Source: Selaginella moellendorffii (Eukaryota > Plantae > Lycopodiophyta). From it: a stretch of DNA of 64,000 bases. Of this stretch, positions 1 to 11,945 are shown in pieces (position 1 is the stretch's first letter; every line of letters starts with the position of its first letter). A model generated the notes under the pieces. The model made no database searches. It was not told the origin of the DNA and was given only the letters and a program-made list of their open reading frames with translations. The stretch covers positions 1,284,693-1,348,692 of the forward strand of contig NW_003314284.1 of NCBI RefSeq assembly GCF_000143415.4. The letters are read 5' to 3'. The position numbers and the translations under genes are program-made.

Positions 1-24
1 AATCCTCAGATTCCTCTGCAACAT

Positions 25-135
25 CTCCTTATCTGGGTACACGCCCTTGTTGAACATAAACTAGAGCACCTTGCAAGCCTTGTTGAGTGACTTATAGATT
101 GCCAGGCACACCCCTCACGATCACTTGTAGGCTTC
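25..135 (-). pseudogene. Decayed fragment of the 3' part of the P-class PPR gene at 30454-32649
   Basis: tctgggtacacgcccttgttgaacataaactagagca... matches tccgggtacacgtccttgttgaacataaactcgagca (~30826). cccctcacgatca...cttgtaggc matches ~30943-30979 with internal deletions. Confidence 0.75.
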
Positions 136-877
136 TTGGACCAAAGGTTCATATTACTTCACATCTAGCCTCCAATTATATTGTTAGTTTCATTAGTATC
201 AGAGTCTTCTGAATTTGTGATATATTTTAGAGGGTAATTATAGAATCTTCTTGTATTTGAAGATTTGCTGGGATGAACAATTCCCAAGTGGTTGACTAAG
301 ATGTTGGCCAGGATCTCACATGAGCATAGTTCATCTGAATAAGGCTTTTTTCTCATCTGTGTGTGCATATGAAAACTTTGAAACACTTCAATAAGGAGAG
401 AAAATGAAACACCAATGCTTCATGAGAATAGTTCACCTAAATAAGGCTCTATAAGCTAAGCTTCTAGCTTCTATAAGCTCCTAGAAAAGTTCTAATACAG
501 AGACTGGAAAAACCTAGGCAAGAACAGCATTGTTGACATTGAAAAAATTGGAAAGATCATATTCACTTTGTCAGTCTAGAGCTTGCTCTTTTCCGAAAAG
601 CAACAAAAGACACACACATGGAAGAGCAACAAAAGGACAATTCTTTGGGACGGTAAAGTAGTTTGTGTCAAATGACACAATGTTCTCAAATCTCTCAAAG
701 GGGAGCTACCATACTAAGCCAAGGAAATTTGGTTAAAACCCACTTCTTAGATTACATCTGAATGAGCGTGGCTCCTTGGCAACAAACTTAGATTAGGACC
801 ATTGAGGACTGGTGATAAAAAAACTTAATATTTAATATAAGTTTAATTTAGATTGCAGTCAGTGGAAAAGAAAAATT

Positions 878-1834
878 TCATACTTTTTCAACCATTTTAT
901 GCTCCTGAAACCATTTTATAAATGAATGCATACCTTTCTCAAATGAAATATAAGATTTAAGAAGCAATAGATTTGTAGGAGGCTCATATGCAATCTCATA
1001 AGGGCCTGGATTCTCATCCTCAATTTCAACAATCCAAGCTTTAAGATTTGTAAGCGTTTCTACAACCTTAATCACTCCTTTAAATGGAATAGGGGGCCAT
1101 GGTGTCCCAATATCATATAAATTCACTTGTCCCATGCTGTGACTTGATAGAATACTATTGATCATCACAGCTACTGCATCATCAATGTATATATAGTTTT
1201 GTCGCCCTTTCCTTTGCTCCCATAATGGAACATCAGTCTTATGCAATATCTGATCAACAAACTTGTAATAGGGAAAATCTGGACGACCATAGCTCCCATA
1301 AACTGTACTAAACCTCCATTCCACAACTGGAAATGGTAGCTTTGGTGCCAAAGATTCAACTAACTTCTCCGCAGAACGGCTTGAAGGGATGTAAAAGCGA
1401 TTTGGGCTTGCAAAAAAGAAACCTTGCATGGATGGAACACTGCATGCCGCATCAAGCAGTGACTTCATAGTTCTCTCATTGTCCTCCAAATTCCAACTAT
1501 GCTCTTGCTGTGTAAAATCCACTACAATGTTTGGCTTCTTACTCCTTATCACGGCCATGGCCAACTCTGGATCTGTGGCACTTCCATAAACCACTTCAAT
1601 ACCCTTACTCTCAAGAAGAGGGGACCTCTCTGAACGCTCCACATCCAAGCCCGTCACCAGAAATCGTAGATTGGGATGCTTGTGTGCCTCCAATCCCAAA
1701 GCAAGCTGGCTACCAAGAAACCCACTTGCACCCACAATCAAAACCCGATATTCTTTTTTCTTTCTCATCTGGAAGATCAGCCAACCAAGTAAAACAAGGA
1801 CAAAGACACAAAGCAACACTGTGTTGGGAGACAT
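878..1834 (-). CDS. Membrane-anchored NAD-dependent epimerase/dehydratase, divergent UDP-glucuronate 4-epimerase (GAE)-like, intronless
   Basis: N-terminal TM helix followed by RKKK, GASGFLG Rossmann motif, RFSTVYGSYGRPD, YIDD and FEKGMHSFIKWF. ATG 1834 is preferred because it has an adjacent telo-box; ATG 1876 is an alternative. Confidence 0.75.
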   Translation of the reverse strand: MSPNTVLLCVFVLVLLGWLIFQMRKKKEYRVLIVGASGFLGSQLALGLEAHKHPNLRFLVTGLDVERSERSPLLESKGIEVVYGSATDPELAMAVIRSKKPNIVVDFTQQEHSWNLEDNERTMKSLLDAACSVPSMQGFFFASPNRFYIPSSRSAEKLVESLAPKLPFPVVEWRFSTVYGSYGRPDFPYYKFVDQILHKTDVPLWEQRKGRQNYIYIDDAVAVMINSILSSHSMGQVNLYDIGTPWPPIPFKGVIKVVETLTNLKAWIVEIEDENPGPYEIAYEPPTNLLLLKSYISFEKGMHSFIKWFQEHKMVEKV

Positions 1835-2515
1835 AATTTTAAACCCTAATGAAACAAAAAGGACTAAATAGGGCATATAAATAGTTACTAAAATGGACAA
1901 ACTTAGATTATAACTGATCACACTGAAATATTAATCCGCGGACTTTTGTCGATTGATAGCGAGTCACCCGGTTGGAGAGGAATAGAAAACATAAAAGACC
2001 TTCATTTTACTGATTTTGTGCGATTAGAATGCTGGACTTTGACCTTTTCTGATTTCTTTTCCACATATTATGATTGATGGAGGCCAGATCAATGGAAGAA
2101 AGTTTATACGATATAACTCTTACAGTGAAGGTGCATTTCCCAGGAAGCTTTCCAAGCTATCATGGTGTAGTAAAATTCTTTAATTTCACAGATGTGATAA
2201 CTTGGTAGTCTGCTAAAACAAAAATAGAATGCTCTGCTTGATGTTCCGGAACCATTCCATGGACAGATTTTTCTTTGTTATGCCCTAACTCCACACTGGG
2301 TCCTTGGACATAGTTGTCGTTGTTGTGTTGGTTTTTCAGTTCTCCGATTGATTCTGGCTGTCACCACACCGTCGGTGACATGCAATGGGAGATTTACCGC
2401 TTCTTGCGATTATAACTCCACAATTGAAATCAAAGTGTTTAAACCAATTTCGAAAGCTATTGGCGGGAATCGAAGAGCCCTAAAGTTCCGCGGTTTAGGG
2501 CTTAGGAGCAGAACG

Positions 2516-3575
2516 ATGGCCACGGGAGTCCGGGCGATGGCAACGGCAATGCGCGGATTGGAAGCGGCGATGCGAGCGATGGCGATAAATCGTCTTTCTC
2601 GCTCGTCAGCGGTCTACCCACACACTCCAAGGCAGCCAGGTATCAAGTTCATCAGGACGAGCCTCTATTGCCTGGCTGTGGTTGCGCTGCTCATAGCCAT
2701 GCTTTCGATCACACTCCAGGAGAGGGAAGAAGAAGAGAAGCCGTTTAGAGTGCTCGTAATTGGGGCGAGCGGTTTCTTGGGCTATAAATTGTCCCTCGGC
2801 TTGTTGGCCAACACTCGGCCAAAGATAGAGGTGGTGGGAATCGATGCCGAGCGCAACGAGCGAGCACAGCTGCTGGAGAGTGCTGGAATGCACATCCTGT
2901 ATGGGAATGTGACTAAGTGGGCTCTCGCCACCAGCGGTGTGAAGCTCGCACGGCCCCATGCTATCGTGGACTTCACTCAGCAGGAGCATCCTTGGTGCCT
3001 TCCACTCAACCAGCTTACTCTCGGGACCATTCTTGACGCCGCAACTGCGGACAGGTCTGTGAGGTCAGTGTTCTTCGCCAGTCCGAACCGGTTCTACATC
3101 CCTTCTTCTCTATCCGGTGAGCTACTTGCTGCAGCCAAGTCTGTCCTGTTACCGTTTTCTGTGGTGGAGTGGCGATTTAGTACAGTCTACGGAGAGTTTG
3201 GACGAACCGATTACCCGTATTACAAATTCGTGGAGGATATCACCAGTGGCCAGGAAGGCAGAACTACATTTACATCGACGATGCAGTGGCGGTTATGATC
3301 AAGATGATTCTCGACTTCACACATGTCGTTGGTGCTGTTACCGTCGTGGACATCGGCACTCCAACGCCAGCTTTATCGTTCAAGGACGTAATTCGAGTGG
3401 TGGCCAAAATCTCGGGGAAGAAGCAAAACTCGTCGAGGTTGAGGATGCAAATCCACCGCCGTGGGAGGTAGAGTATGTACCTCCTTCACACCTCTACGCA
3501 CTTGGAAAGTTCACTTCTTTCCAGTCTGGAATGGCGCGTTTCATCGACTGGTACGAGCAGAAGAAGAGTATGTAA
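2516..3575 (+). pseudogene. Second GAE-like SDR copy, head-to-head with the first, with two frameshifts
   Basis: Same motifs (GASGFLG, DFTQQEH, FASPNRFYIPSS, RFSTVYGEFGRTD). Homology continues in a new frame at ~3250-3270 (QNYIYIDDAVAVMI) and shifts again at ~3423 (AKLVEVEDANP...FIDWYEQKKSM). Confidence 0.75.
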
Positions 3576-3749
3576 GTGTCTCTTGCTTGTCCATTCACTA
3601 ATGTAATCCAGTACATTCTTGTCTGTGACAGGATCGCTAGGAACGAAGTCAATGACCATACGTAGCTGATGACTAAACAAGTAAGTTTTGTTCTTGAGCA
3701 GCTCCTGCCATTGCAGGAATAGAATCGAGCCTGAAGGCTTATTTGCCCC

Positions 3750-4160
3750 TTTGACAAGCTCTTTGTCGTCTGTGTAGTTCGTGAGCATGATGTCTGTGAA
3801 GTCTTCCAGTTGGCTTGCAAACTCGTGGCTTTGTGCTCATCAACTATTGCTTGGAAGATATTGTCCTTCTTTGCGGCCAACCTTGACTGTCCAGTCGATT
3901 GTTGTTGATAGTTGTTTTGTCATGGAGGTGGTTCTCATGATCAGCCTTTGATCAGCCTCTGGCAAGAAGTCTGCCATGTGGAAGAGAGCAACGTCAACGA
4001 TGTCGGCAACGATCTCTTTGAACTCTCTCGACTGTTTGCAATCGCCAGTCCCGAGAAACATCAAGATATGTGTGATGATGTTGAAGATACGAGCTTCCTC
4101 ACGTCCACGACGAGCTCTCGCGGGCCTGCACCGAGGAACGCGAGAGAAGCCTGGGTCTTC
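3750..4160 (-). pseudogene. Deleted, frameshifted fragment of exon 1 of the adjacent cytochrome P450
   Basis: FLGTGDCKQSREFKEIVADIVDVALFHMADF and AAKKDNIFQAIVDEHKA are near-identical to the peptide encoded at 5000-5350. Confidence 0.85.
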
Positions 4161-4290
4161 AAGAAGTGAGTATATAAGCGCAGTCGTGAATCAAGTTTTA
4201 ATTGTTATTGTCTTTCTCGTTCCAAGTCGAAGTGGTAACTTTTTATTTCTTGTAGATGGCACATATGAAGGCTCGCAAAGTCACAGGCGA

Positions 4291-5839
4291 CTAGTATGCA
4301 TCTTTGGAGAGTTTTGGAGTAGCAACAGCCTTGAGCAGTGGGGTCTCTGGCCAGAGAGGAGAGCAAAAGCCTTCATCGATCGTGAGATCCTTGACAGCTC
4401 TCGGGATTTCTGCGCTCCAGTCGAACGCATGGATCAAGCTCGAGACCGCGAGCTGAGCCGTCTTGAGACCCATCGTCATGGCCGGGCACGACCTCCGCCC
4501 AGATCCAAATGGAAGAAGCTCGAAATCCTGGCCCCGGACGTCCACGGCCGTCCCGGCGAATCTCTCCGGGAGAAACTCGAGTGGATTCTCCCAGTAGCTT
4601 GGGTCCATCCCGATTGCGTGAGCATTGACAAAGAGGGTGGTGCCTTTGGGTACGTCATAGCCACCGACTTTGCATGCCTGTGTCGACATGTGAGGGACGA
4701 GCAGCGGGACTGGAGGGTGTCGCCGGAGCGTCTCCTTGACGATGCACTGGAGGTATGGGAGCTTCTCTAGATCGGATTCCTCCACTCGCCGGTGCAAACC
4801 CACGACTGCCTCGAGTTCTTGCTGGGCCTTCTCCAATATTCTTGGGTGGCGGATCGTCTCCGTGACAGCCCACTCGATCGTCGCGGAGGTGGTGTGGGTG
4901 CCACCATTGAGCATCTCCTGCGATTGCGAGAATGGAATCGATTAGTCCAGTAGAGAGAGAAGAGGGGACTTCATGGCTTACTTGCACCATTGCTTTGATA
5001 AGCTCTTCGTCGTCTGCGTAGTTCGTGAGCATGACGTGTGTGAAGTCTTCCACCGCGTTGGCCTGCAAACGCGCGGCTTTGTGTTCGTCAACTATTCTCT
5101 GGAAGAACTTGTCCTTCTTCGCGGCCAGCCTCTTGAGCTGTGGGACTGTCCAGTCGATCCATCGCAGTCTCTCCGGCACAAAGTCCGCGACGTGGAACTG
5201 TAGAGCAACGTCAACGATGCCGGCAACGATCTCTTTGAACTCTCTCGACTCTTCGCAATCGCCGGTCCCGAGAAACCTCTTGCTCATCACTATCTGTGTG
5301 ATGATGTTGAAGATGAAGATGGAGACGAGCTTCCTCACGTCCACGACGCCGTTCTCCGAGCTCTCGCGAGCCACTGCGGACAGCAAAAGCGAGACCTCAG
5401 CGGCCCTCACGCTCGCAAACGAATCCATGCGCTTGCTTGTGAAGAGCTGGAGCGTGCACAGCTTCCTCATGTTCTTCCAGTGCTCGCCGTATGGGGCGAT
5501 CCCCATGATCCGGAAGTTGTAGCCCAGATGCTCTCCAGCAACCATGTAGGGCCTGGAAGCAAACGCCACGTCTTGCGTGTGGAGAACCTCCCTCGCCATC
5601 TCCGCGCTCGACACGACGATCGCACGGGTCCATCCCAGCCTCAAGAAGAGGATCGGTCCCAGCTTGTTGGAGAGCCTCTGGAGAGTGATGTGGGCGTCCT
5701 TCCCAGCGAGATGAGCCAAGTGTCCGATGAGCGGAATCCCCAATGGAGACGGGGGCAGCCGAAGCTTTGGGCGAACGCTCAACTTCCAGAGAAAGATCGC
5801 GATGGCAATGGCGATGGTACTCAAGACGTAAACCCCCAT
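4291..5839 (-). CDS. Cytochrome P450, CYP71 clan (A-type); exons 5839-4982 and 4917-4291
   Basis: Signal anchor plus LPPSP, ETLR (ExxR), PERF and heme motif PFGSGRRSCPA. A single phase-0 GT-AG intron (4918-4981) precedes the I-helix. Confidence 0.92.
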
Positions 5840-5969
5840 TTGCGCGGGAGGGAGCTCTAGAATTCGAGAGGCTGGCTCTGGCCTTTCGAGCGGAGCTGTG
5901 GGGTATAAGTATGGAACCCAAGCAACGTCTCCCTTGCCGGCACAGAAGTTATCAACTTGAAACACTCCT

Positions 5970-6735
5970 CATGAAGTTGACATTCCAAAACTGTAGGATA
6001 TCCTTAAAAAAAATTGTGGCGAAGTTTCAACTAGATTCTCACCCATTGCATGTCACCGACAGTGTGGTGACAGCCAGAATCAATCAGAGAACTGAAAAAC
6101 CAACACAACAACAACAACTATTTCCGAGTTAGGGCATAACAAAGAAAAATAAGCAGCGCATTCTATTTTTGTTTTAGTAGACTATCAAGTTATCACATCT
6201 GTGAAATTAAAGAATTTTACACTACACCATGAAGCTTCCTGGGAAATGCAGCTTCAATGTAAGAGTTATGTCGTATAAAACCCGGTGCCGCCAATAGATG
6301 CTGGCGGCCTCCACGAGACAGAGCCAAGAAGGTGGCGCCAACGATGGCCACTCCCATCATCTCCAGCTCTGCGAGGGCCAGTGAGATTGGAACCGTCTGG
6401 AAGATTGTGCGTCCACCATGGCCGCTGGAGAGAGAAAAAATGCTACCTTTAGCTAGCTGTCTGCCAAGAACAAAAAACAAGAGACAAGAGCGATGAGGGC
6501 GGCCTGATGTTTCACTTGAGTGATCAATTAGACCACGACTGCCAGAGCAAGCAACCCCGCTTGGAACACCACAGCATACAATGCACGAAAGATTCAAACA
6601 AGCGTTTTGCAAAATCAAGAGCACCCCGAGTTTCTCGACGTCCTGCTGAGCGAAGAGAGAGGGCCGAGCGAATCGTAAAGCTTACCTTGCCGCATCAGAA
6701 AAGAAGGACAGCGTCTTCCATGAGCCAGAGCCTTT
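5970..6735 (-). pseudogene. Decayed copy of the 3' half of the IREG3/ferroportin gene
   Basis: IFQTVPISLALAELEMMGVAIVGA corresponds to VFQTAVPIS...[14 protein letters not shown]. ttgtggcgaagtttcaactagatt (~6015) matches ~11986; gcctgatgtttcacttgagtg (~6503) matches ~12394. Confidence 0.8.
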
Positions 6736-6820
6736 AGATCTCTCCAAAATGAAATTGAACATTGGAACCAGCGAGAAACTTGGCCAAGTGATAGAGCTGG
6801 ACCGACTCATTGGTGGCATT
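6720..6820 (-). pseudogene. Short fragment of the MPC1 last exon
   Basis: ggaaccagcgagaaact...gccaagtgatagagctggaccgactc matches 18791-18870. Confidence 0.75.
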
Positions 6821-7049
6821 CCATCAAAAAATCCACTCAAACATGTAAATCAATAGAACTCATACATACAATTAGTTTTAAAACCTACTTAAAAGGTAAG
6901 ACAAGTAAAAAAACAAGTTGGTTTATTCAAGAAGTTCTTGAGCATTCACCAAAGTTTCCTCGAGCAGCAGTGAGAAAAGAGCAAAGGACGAGACCTTTGT
7001 CGTGGATCACTTAAGCACGGCAGTGTGGAGGGCGCCCGTGCCGCCTTCA

Positions 7050-8600
7050 ATTCAATCGTCTAGGATGGCTTCTCGTGGAATCTGCTGCTGGGAGCGTATG
7101 CCCGCAACGGGCATTCTACCATACAATTAGGCAATCTTGAATTGGCGTGAAATCTCTTCGATTGCTTCCTGGACAGGAATGTGATTTCCTGGACAACGAT
7201 ATGATCTATAAGACTATATACAACTCTTTGAGCTGCATGTACAAAGGAGAGAGCTCAATCCTTTGATCCCTTCTCTGGTGAAGTGACCTGTGGTTTTGTC
7301 TTTTGGAAAATACGCAAGTCAAATTCATCAATAGTATGGAAAATGCGTCAGCCCGAGTAAGTCCTCGACTCAAGCTCGTCCAGAGATGTAGTGTCGTGGA
7401 ATGCAATGATCACAGGATATGCCCAGAATGCATCACAAAGATGCTAGATCTCTACCGAGCGATGCTGCTCGAAGGATACAAGCCTATGGAGGCCACTTTC
7501 CTTCCACTCCCTGACACCTGCTACTGCCTCCGTGATGCCAAGTCCGAGCACTGTGGCAAAGGCTGTTACATATTTGGCTCGCTGGCTTCAATGGCTCCCC
7601 ACTGCTCAACTCGACACTTGTCAACATGTATGGGAAGGTCGGAAACCTCAAGTCTGCCAAGGTCGTGTTTATGCAAATGTGAGAGCAAGCCTTCCATGTA
7701 GAATGCAGTACCCTTTTTTATTTAGGGTGGGCCCATTTGCTTATTTGGATTTGCATTCCACTTCATTATTATAAATTAAAGATTGTTCTAGTATATTATT
7801 AGTTCTCTCAATAAGATCAGAAAAAGTAAGAATACTTTTTGAGGGTGTTGTGTCAGTTAGTGTTACATTAAGGCAACACAGTTGTCCTGTTGCATGATTT
7901 ATATGTTCCAATTTAGCCATAATACTAAAGATAATGATAAAAATAAGAAAGAAAATATAAAAAGGAACACTGAGAAAAACCTAAGCCAAGCTATGCTTAT
8001 AAATTATAGTTCATTCATTGTCTGATTACAAAATTATAATTTAACGTTACTAATTTAAATTTAGTCGTTAAACATTTAGGGTTGGGTGTGATTAAGCGTG
8101 ACGCAATGTGAGGAGTGGGTAACCATGTAAGAGAGGGTGTTGCATTATGCATTTCTCCTGACTCCATCACCTGACGATCTCCTCATATGCCCAGCATGGG
8201 ATAGCACTCACTCTTTAGTTTCATGCAGTTGAACGGCATCGCCACCGATGCTGTGACGCTTGCCTGGTGAAGCACGGTGGGATTACTCCGTGTCTAGTGA
8301 CGAGCAGCCAACTTTCAAGCACTATGTGGTGATCTTGGATATGCTCAGCGCTGGAAGGCTCAAGTATGCCATTCCAGCCGGACTTGGTGTCGTGGAGGAC
8401 GCTGCTCAGTGCGTGGTCGAATCACAACAATCCCCACGTTAGAAAACGAGCCGCCGATCGCATCCTAGAGCTCAGCCCAGCGATCCTATTAGTTTTCCTG
8501 TCCCACATCTACTCGGCCCCGGGGAGGCCGAGAAGTTGAGGCGGGATTCATAGAGACAACTTGGGATTTGTCTTATGCGCGTTTGCGAGCAGGAGATATG
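7050..8600 (+). pseudogene. PLS-class PPR pseudogene, interrupted by AT-rich sequence at ~7710-8200
   Basis: Motifs spread across frames: SWNLLLGAYARNGH, DRNVISWTT, RDVVSWNAMITGYAQN, LVNMYGK, SSYAQHG, HYVVILDML..GRL, SWRTLLSAC. Many stops and frameshifts. Confidence 0.8.
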
Positions 8601-8968
8601 GTTAAACTCCCGGGGGATCGCAAGGGAGCTTCGTGATCTTGTCGCTAGCTTTGAAGTTCACGCGGGTATAGAACCCCAGGAAACGATGTCTCTTTCTGGC
8701 ATGGAATCACGTAGCGATAGAGCGGGAACAGGATTGATTGATCCATGAGATCTTGTTATTTGGAGTATGAAAAAATTAATTTGACTGGATTTATTTATGG
8801 ATTTTGGCCTGCAAATTCGACTCGTCCATTCCACCCACAGCGTTCATTCCTCTGATATGGTTGGTGCTTCCTCTGTATCATGTGGCATTCCTTCGTGTAT
8901 CACACAAGCACCAATCCTCTTCTCGTCTATGTGGCATTCCTTCGTTTACCACATCATTCCTCTTCTCC

Positions 8969-10523
8969 TCAGCTCTTTAAGCTGTATGTACTTTGAGCTT
9001 TCTTTTATCTGCCCGTGCAGAATTCCGTATGTTGGAAATGAACTTTTCCCTGCTCAAAGTGAGCCACTGTAACATCGTTTTAGTTTCTCAATCAGGACAT
9101 GCAAAAAAAATCACCTGTGGCATCCCATCAGTGTAGATCAGTGTAGTCTTCATATGCGAAGTTGAGTACTTTAGCCTTGCCAAAGAATCTAATAACTGCT
9201 CAGTCGTAGGTCCTGTCGAAACGAAGTTAGATTCTGGTAGTAAAATAGTAACTAGCGAGAGGTTTACCTTGCTGCCTCCTCTTGTGTCCCATATGCCCCT
9301 GGAAATGCAAAACAAACAATAAAAAACCAAATATTATAGTTCAGCTCCTGAAAAGACTCACCCAGTCGAATCGCACGAGAGTCCAGCCTGCACCAAAGAT
9401 GAAAACAGTGTTAGAATGGTGATGGTCAAAAGCTTGGGTGCTGGCTGTGATCTCTTCAAGTTGATCATGGCAATACATCCAGGTAGCTAGATGGTATCTC
9501 AAGAGGTTTAGAGGGATGAGCTCTACTCACGTTATGGAGGCCGCCCATTCTTGACATTTTGACTTTTTGAGACGATATACTCCGCGATAGTTTGATGCTC
9601 GAGGCCGAGTCTCCCTCGTGCGTGGAAAGCCAGCGTCACCTCCAAGAAGGTCGGGTGTAAACCAGATCAACGACTTGCCGCGACTCATTTGACGTAGCAT
9701 GGTGATGAATTCCTTGTCGGGCAGATTGATCCACTGCAGAGAAAATCCAAGTGTTTAGATCTTGCCAAAGTAGAAACGTTGATATGATCATACCTGGGGG
9801 ATCTCGTGCACGTAATCCGAGTAGGGAAAGTTTGGGCAGTTTTGGCCGCGGAACTTGATGTAAGCTCGGTCATAAATCCTGCGAGTGAACATCTTTAAGA
9901 AGAAGGAGAAAAACAAATTAACCTGGCTCCGGCTTCCTCATTGCTGCATGAACCAACGTATATTTGCTTGCCTTTATTCGTACCCCTGATCATCACGATA
10001 AATTAAAAATCAGCGTGAATGTTGAAGATCTTTCATTTGAAAAAAAAAACTGTAAGGAAGAACATACTCACCAAATATGCGTCTCCCAACGCTCGATTCA
10101 CTTGTAGTACGAGACTCCAACGTAGCGGGACGACTTTTTAGCGTATCTCCTCGCGCGCGTCGGCGTCTTCCTCTTCTTTCTCGTTTCTTCTTTCTTGGAT
10201 GGTCGAGCAGCGATCTTCGCACAACTAGACCTTTTGATCTTTGAGCTCGAGCTGCAAGACGAAGTCTTGATCGTAGAAGCTGCGGCCCGAGTGACCATGG
10301 AGGTGGCTTCCTTCTTTTTCTCGGCGATCATCGGATGATGATCTTGACCACCCCCCATCGCTGGTGATGGCGGTGCTAGACGACGTCGCTTTGTTCTTGG
10401 CGCCAACGACCCTGCTGAAGCTACCGGGGGCAATGTGAATGCGGCCGCAGGATCATCACAATCATCAAGGGAAGGAGCTGTTGGATAATGGGCAGCTGGA
10501 GAGAATATAGAGGTGACGGCCAT
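8969..10523 (-). pseudogene. Multi-exon transcription factor with two AP2 domains, disabled
   Basis: Spliced reading: SSRYVGVSYYK*IERWETHIW-GTNKGKQIYVGSCSNEEAGARIYDRAYIKFRG, then SNYRGVYR...WAASIT...LGAYGTQEEAARTYD*AVIRFFG. Stops at 10098-10100 and 9200-9202; 10-nt duplication at 9127-9146. Confidence 0.8.
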
Positions 10524-10869
10524 GGAGATCTACGTACCCTTGCGCGCTGAACGCCTGCGCCGTGCGTCCTTGATGTTGGTATCTTCATCTGGGGCCGTGA
10601 AATCTCCTGGAGCAAGCTGGAATCCCCTCGCAAGTACCTCCACGGCGAGTAACTCATTCGACGAGGACTCGGTACGAAGTATATGGGCCGGCGGGCGGCG
10701 GCGATTGGTTGCGGTGGCGCCGCAATGCCAGTTGCCCGTGCTGCCCTGGACGATCGAACAGGATTGGAGCGAGGCATGACCGAGCAAAGCAAATCGAAAG
10801 AGCAAGAACCATAGAAACCAAAGGAAGCGGTTCTCTTCTTATACTCGATATTTTCGTTCTTTGAGCTCT

Positions 10870-11880
10870 CGTTTCACTGTGCTAGCCGGCTACCGTGACC
10901 GCCTTTGACATGAGGCCACGCAGGCGCCGCGCCCATTAAAACATACGCACCATGGCTTTCAGGGCCGCTGGATTCCCGTCCATACATATGCGAATATAGG
11001 GAGCAGTCCATACGCGTGCCGCATACGTATAACTCTCCGCGCTGACCACAGTAATTGTCTCCTGGTAAGCAAACGAGAAAAGATTTAATTCCCCGCCCCA
11101 AATGGTCATGCCATTGAGAAATCTGGGCCTTGAGAATGTGACCATGCCCAACAAATGCGCAGCATGCATGAAAGAGCTCAATCAAAATCCACCACCTACG
11201 TCTGGGAGTTATTGTGCTTGGATGAATGGAGCGGAGTTAATGGATACGAATGCCACATCTGAAAAGTCTCCAAACAGCTGTACAAACCTTGGATAGTCAC
11301 AGTTGGGCTTGGGGACAAAACCGACAGCCACCTCACTAGAGAAGGAACGAAAGGAGAGAGCTCAATCAGAGATGGCCACCATGAACACAAGTTCTCTCCA
11401 TCCATGGTTTGATGTAGATCAGTGATAACTCTATGAAGATTTTGGTTGTATTGTTGGACCGCAAAGAGCCAGAGCGCGCGACTAATTCCGTACGCGTTTT
11501 TGTGTACGAAATTAGACAACAGTGTACCATGGAGTTACAGAACACTGGAAGTTCTATCAATTTTTGGACATGATAACCATGTAGAATGTCGAGTGGAGTG
11601 TAAATATGAATCAGCCTTGAAAATAGATAATGATTTACGTTGGTTATTGTCTTGTGGCTCCACCGCTAGGATGGCAACCACAAGCCCCACATCCCGATCA
11701 AATTGCGCCACTTGCACAGTTAAGCCCTTCCATCGCATGGATTTGGAGAATCTTCTTAAAACATATCTAATATATCTAGGCTGAAGAAATGTATCCAAAC
11801 AAGCTTCAAGAGCAGCAAAGCTTGAAAGCTCCACCCCAGCATTCTCTCCCTCCCTGCCAGAATGGTGCACATCCCTCCTG
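10870..11880 (-). other. Exon-like unassigned sequence (possible orphan gene or pseudogene)
   Basis: Overlapping 60-130 aa ORFs, with a ttattccag acceptor-like site (~11880) and a gtaaat donor-like site. No family recognised. Confidence 0.25.
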
Positions 11881-11945
11881 GAATAACAAAAGCTCGTTCT
11901 TTTCGGCTTATATGAGAGAAAAGAAAAGAAAAGCAAAAAAAGAAT

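Noticed and set aside
878-5839. Possible biosynthetic gene cluster (SDRs plus P450)
   Set aside because: There is no scaffold-forming enzyme, two of the four members are pseudogenes, and adjacency alone is not evidence.
9200-10100. Idea that the TGA stops in the AP2 gene are repaired by U-to-C editing or readthrough
   Set aside because: Such editing is organellar, and the gene also carries a 10-nt frameshifting duplication. Pseudogenisation is simpler.
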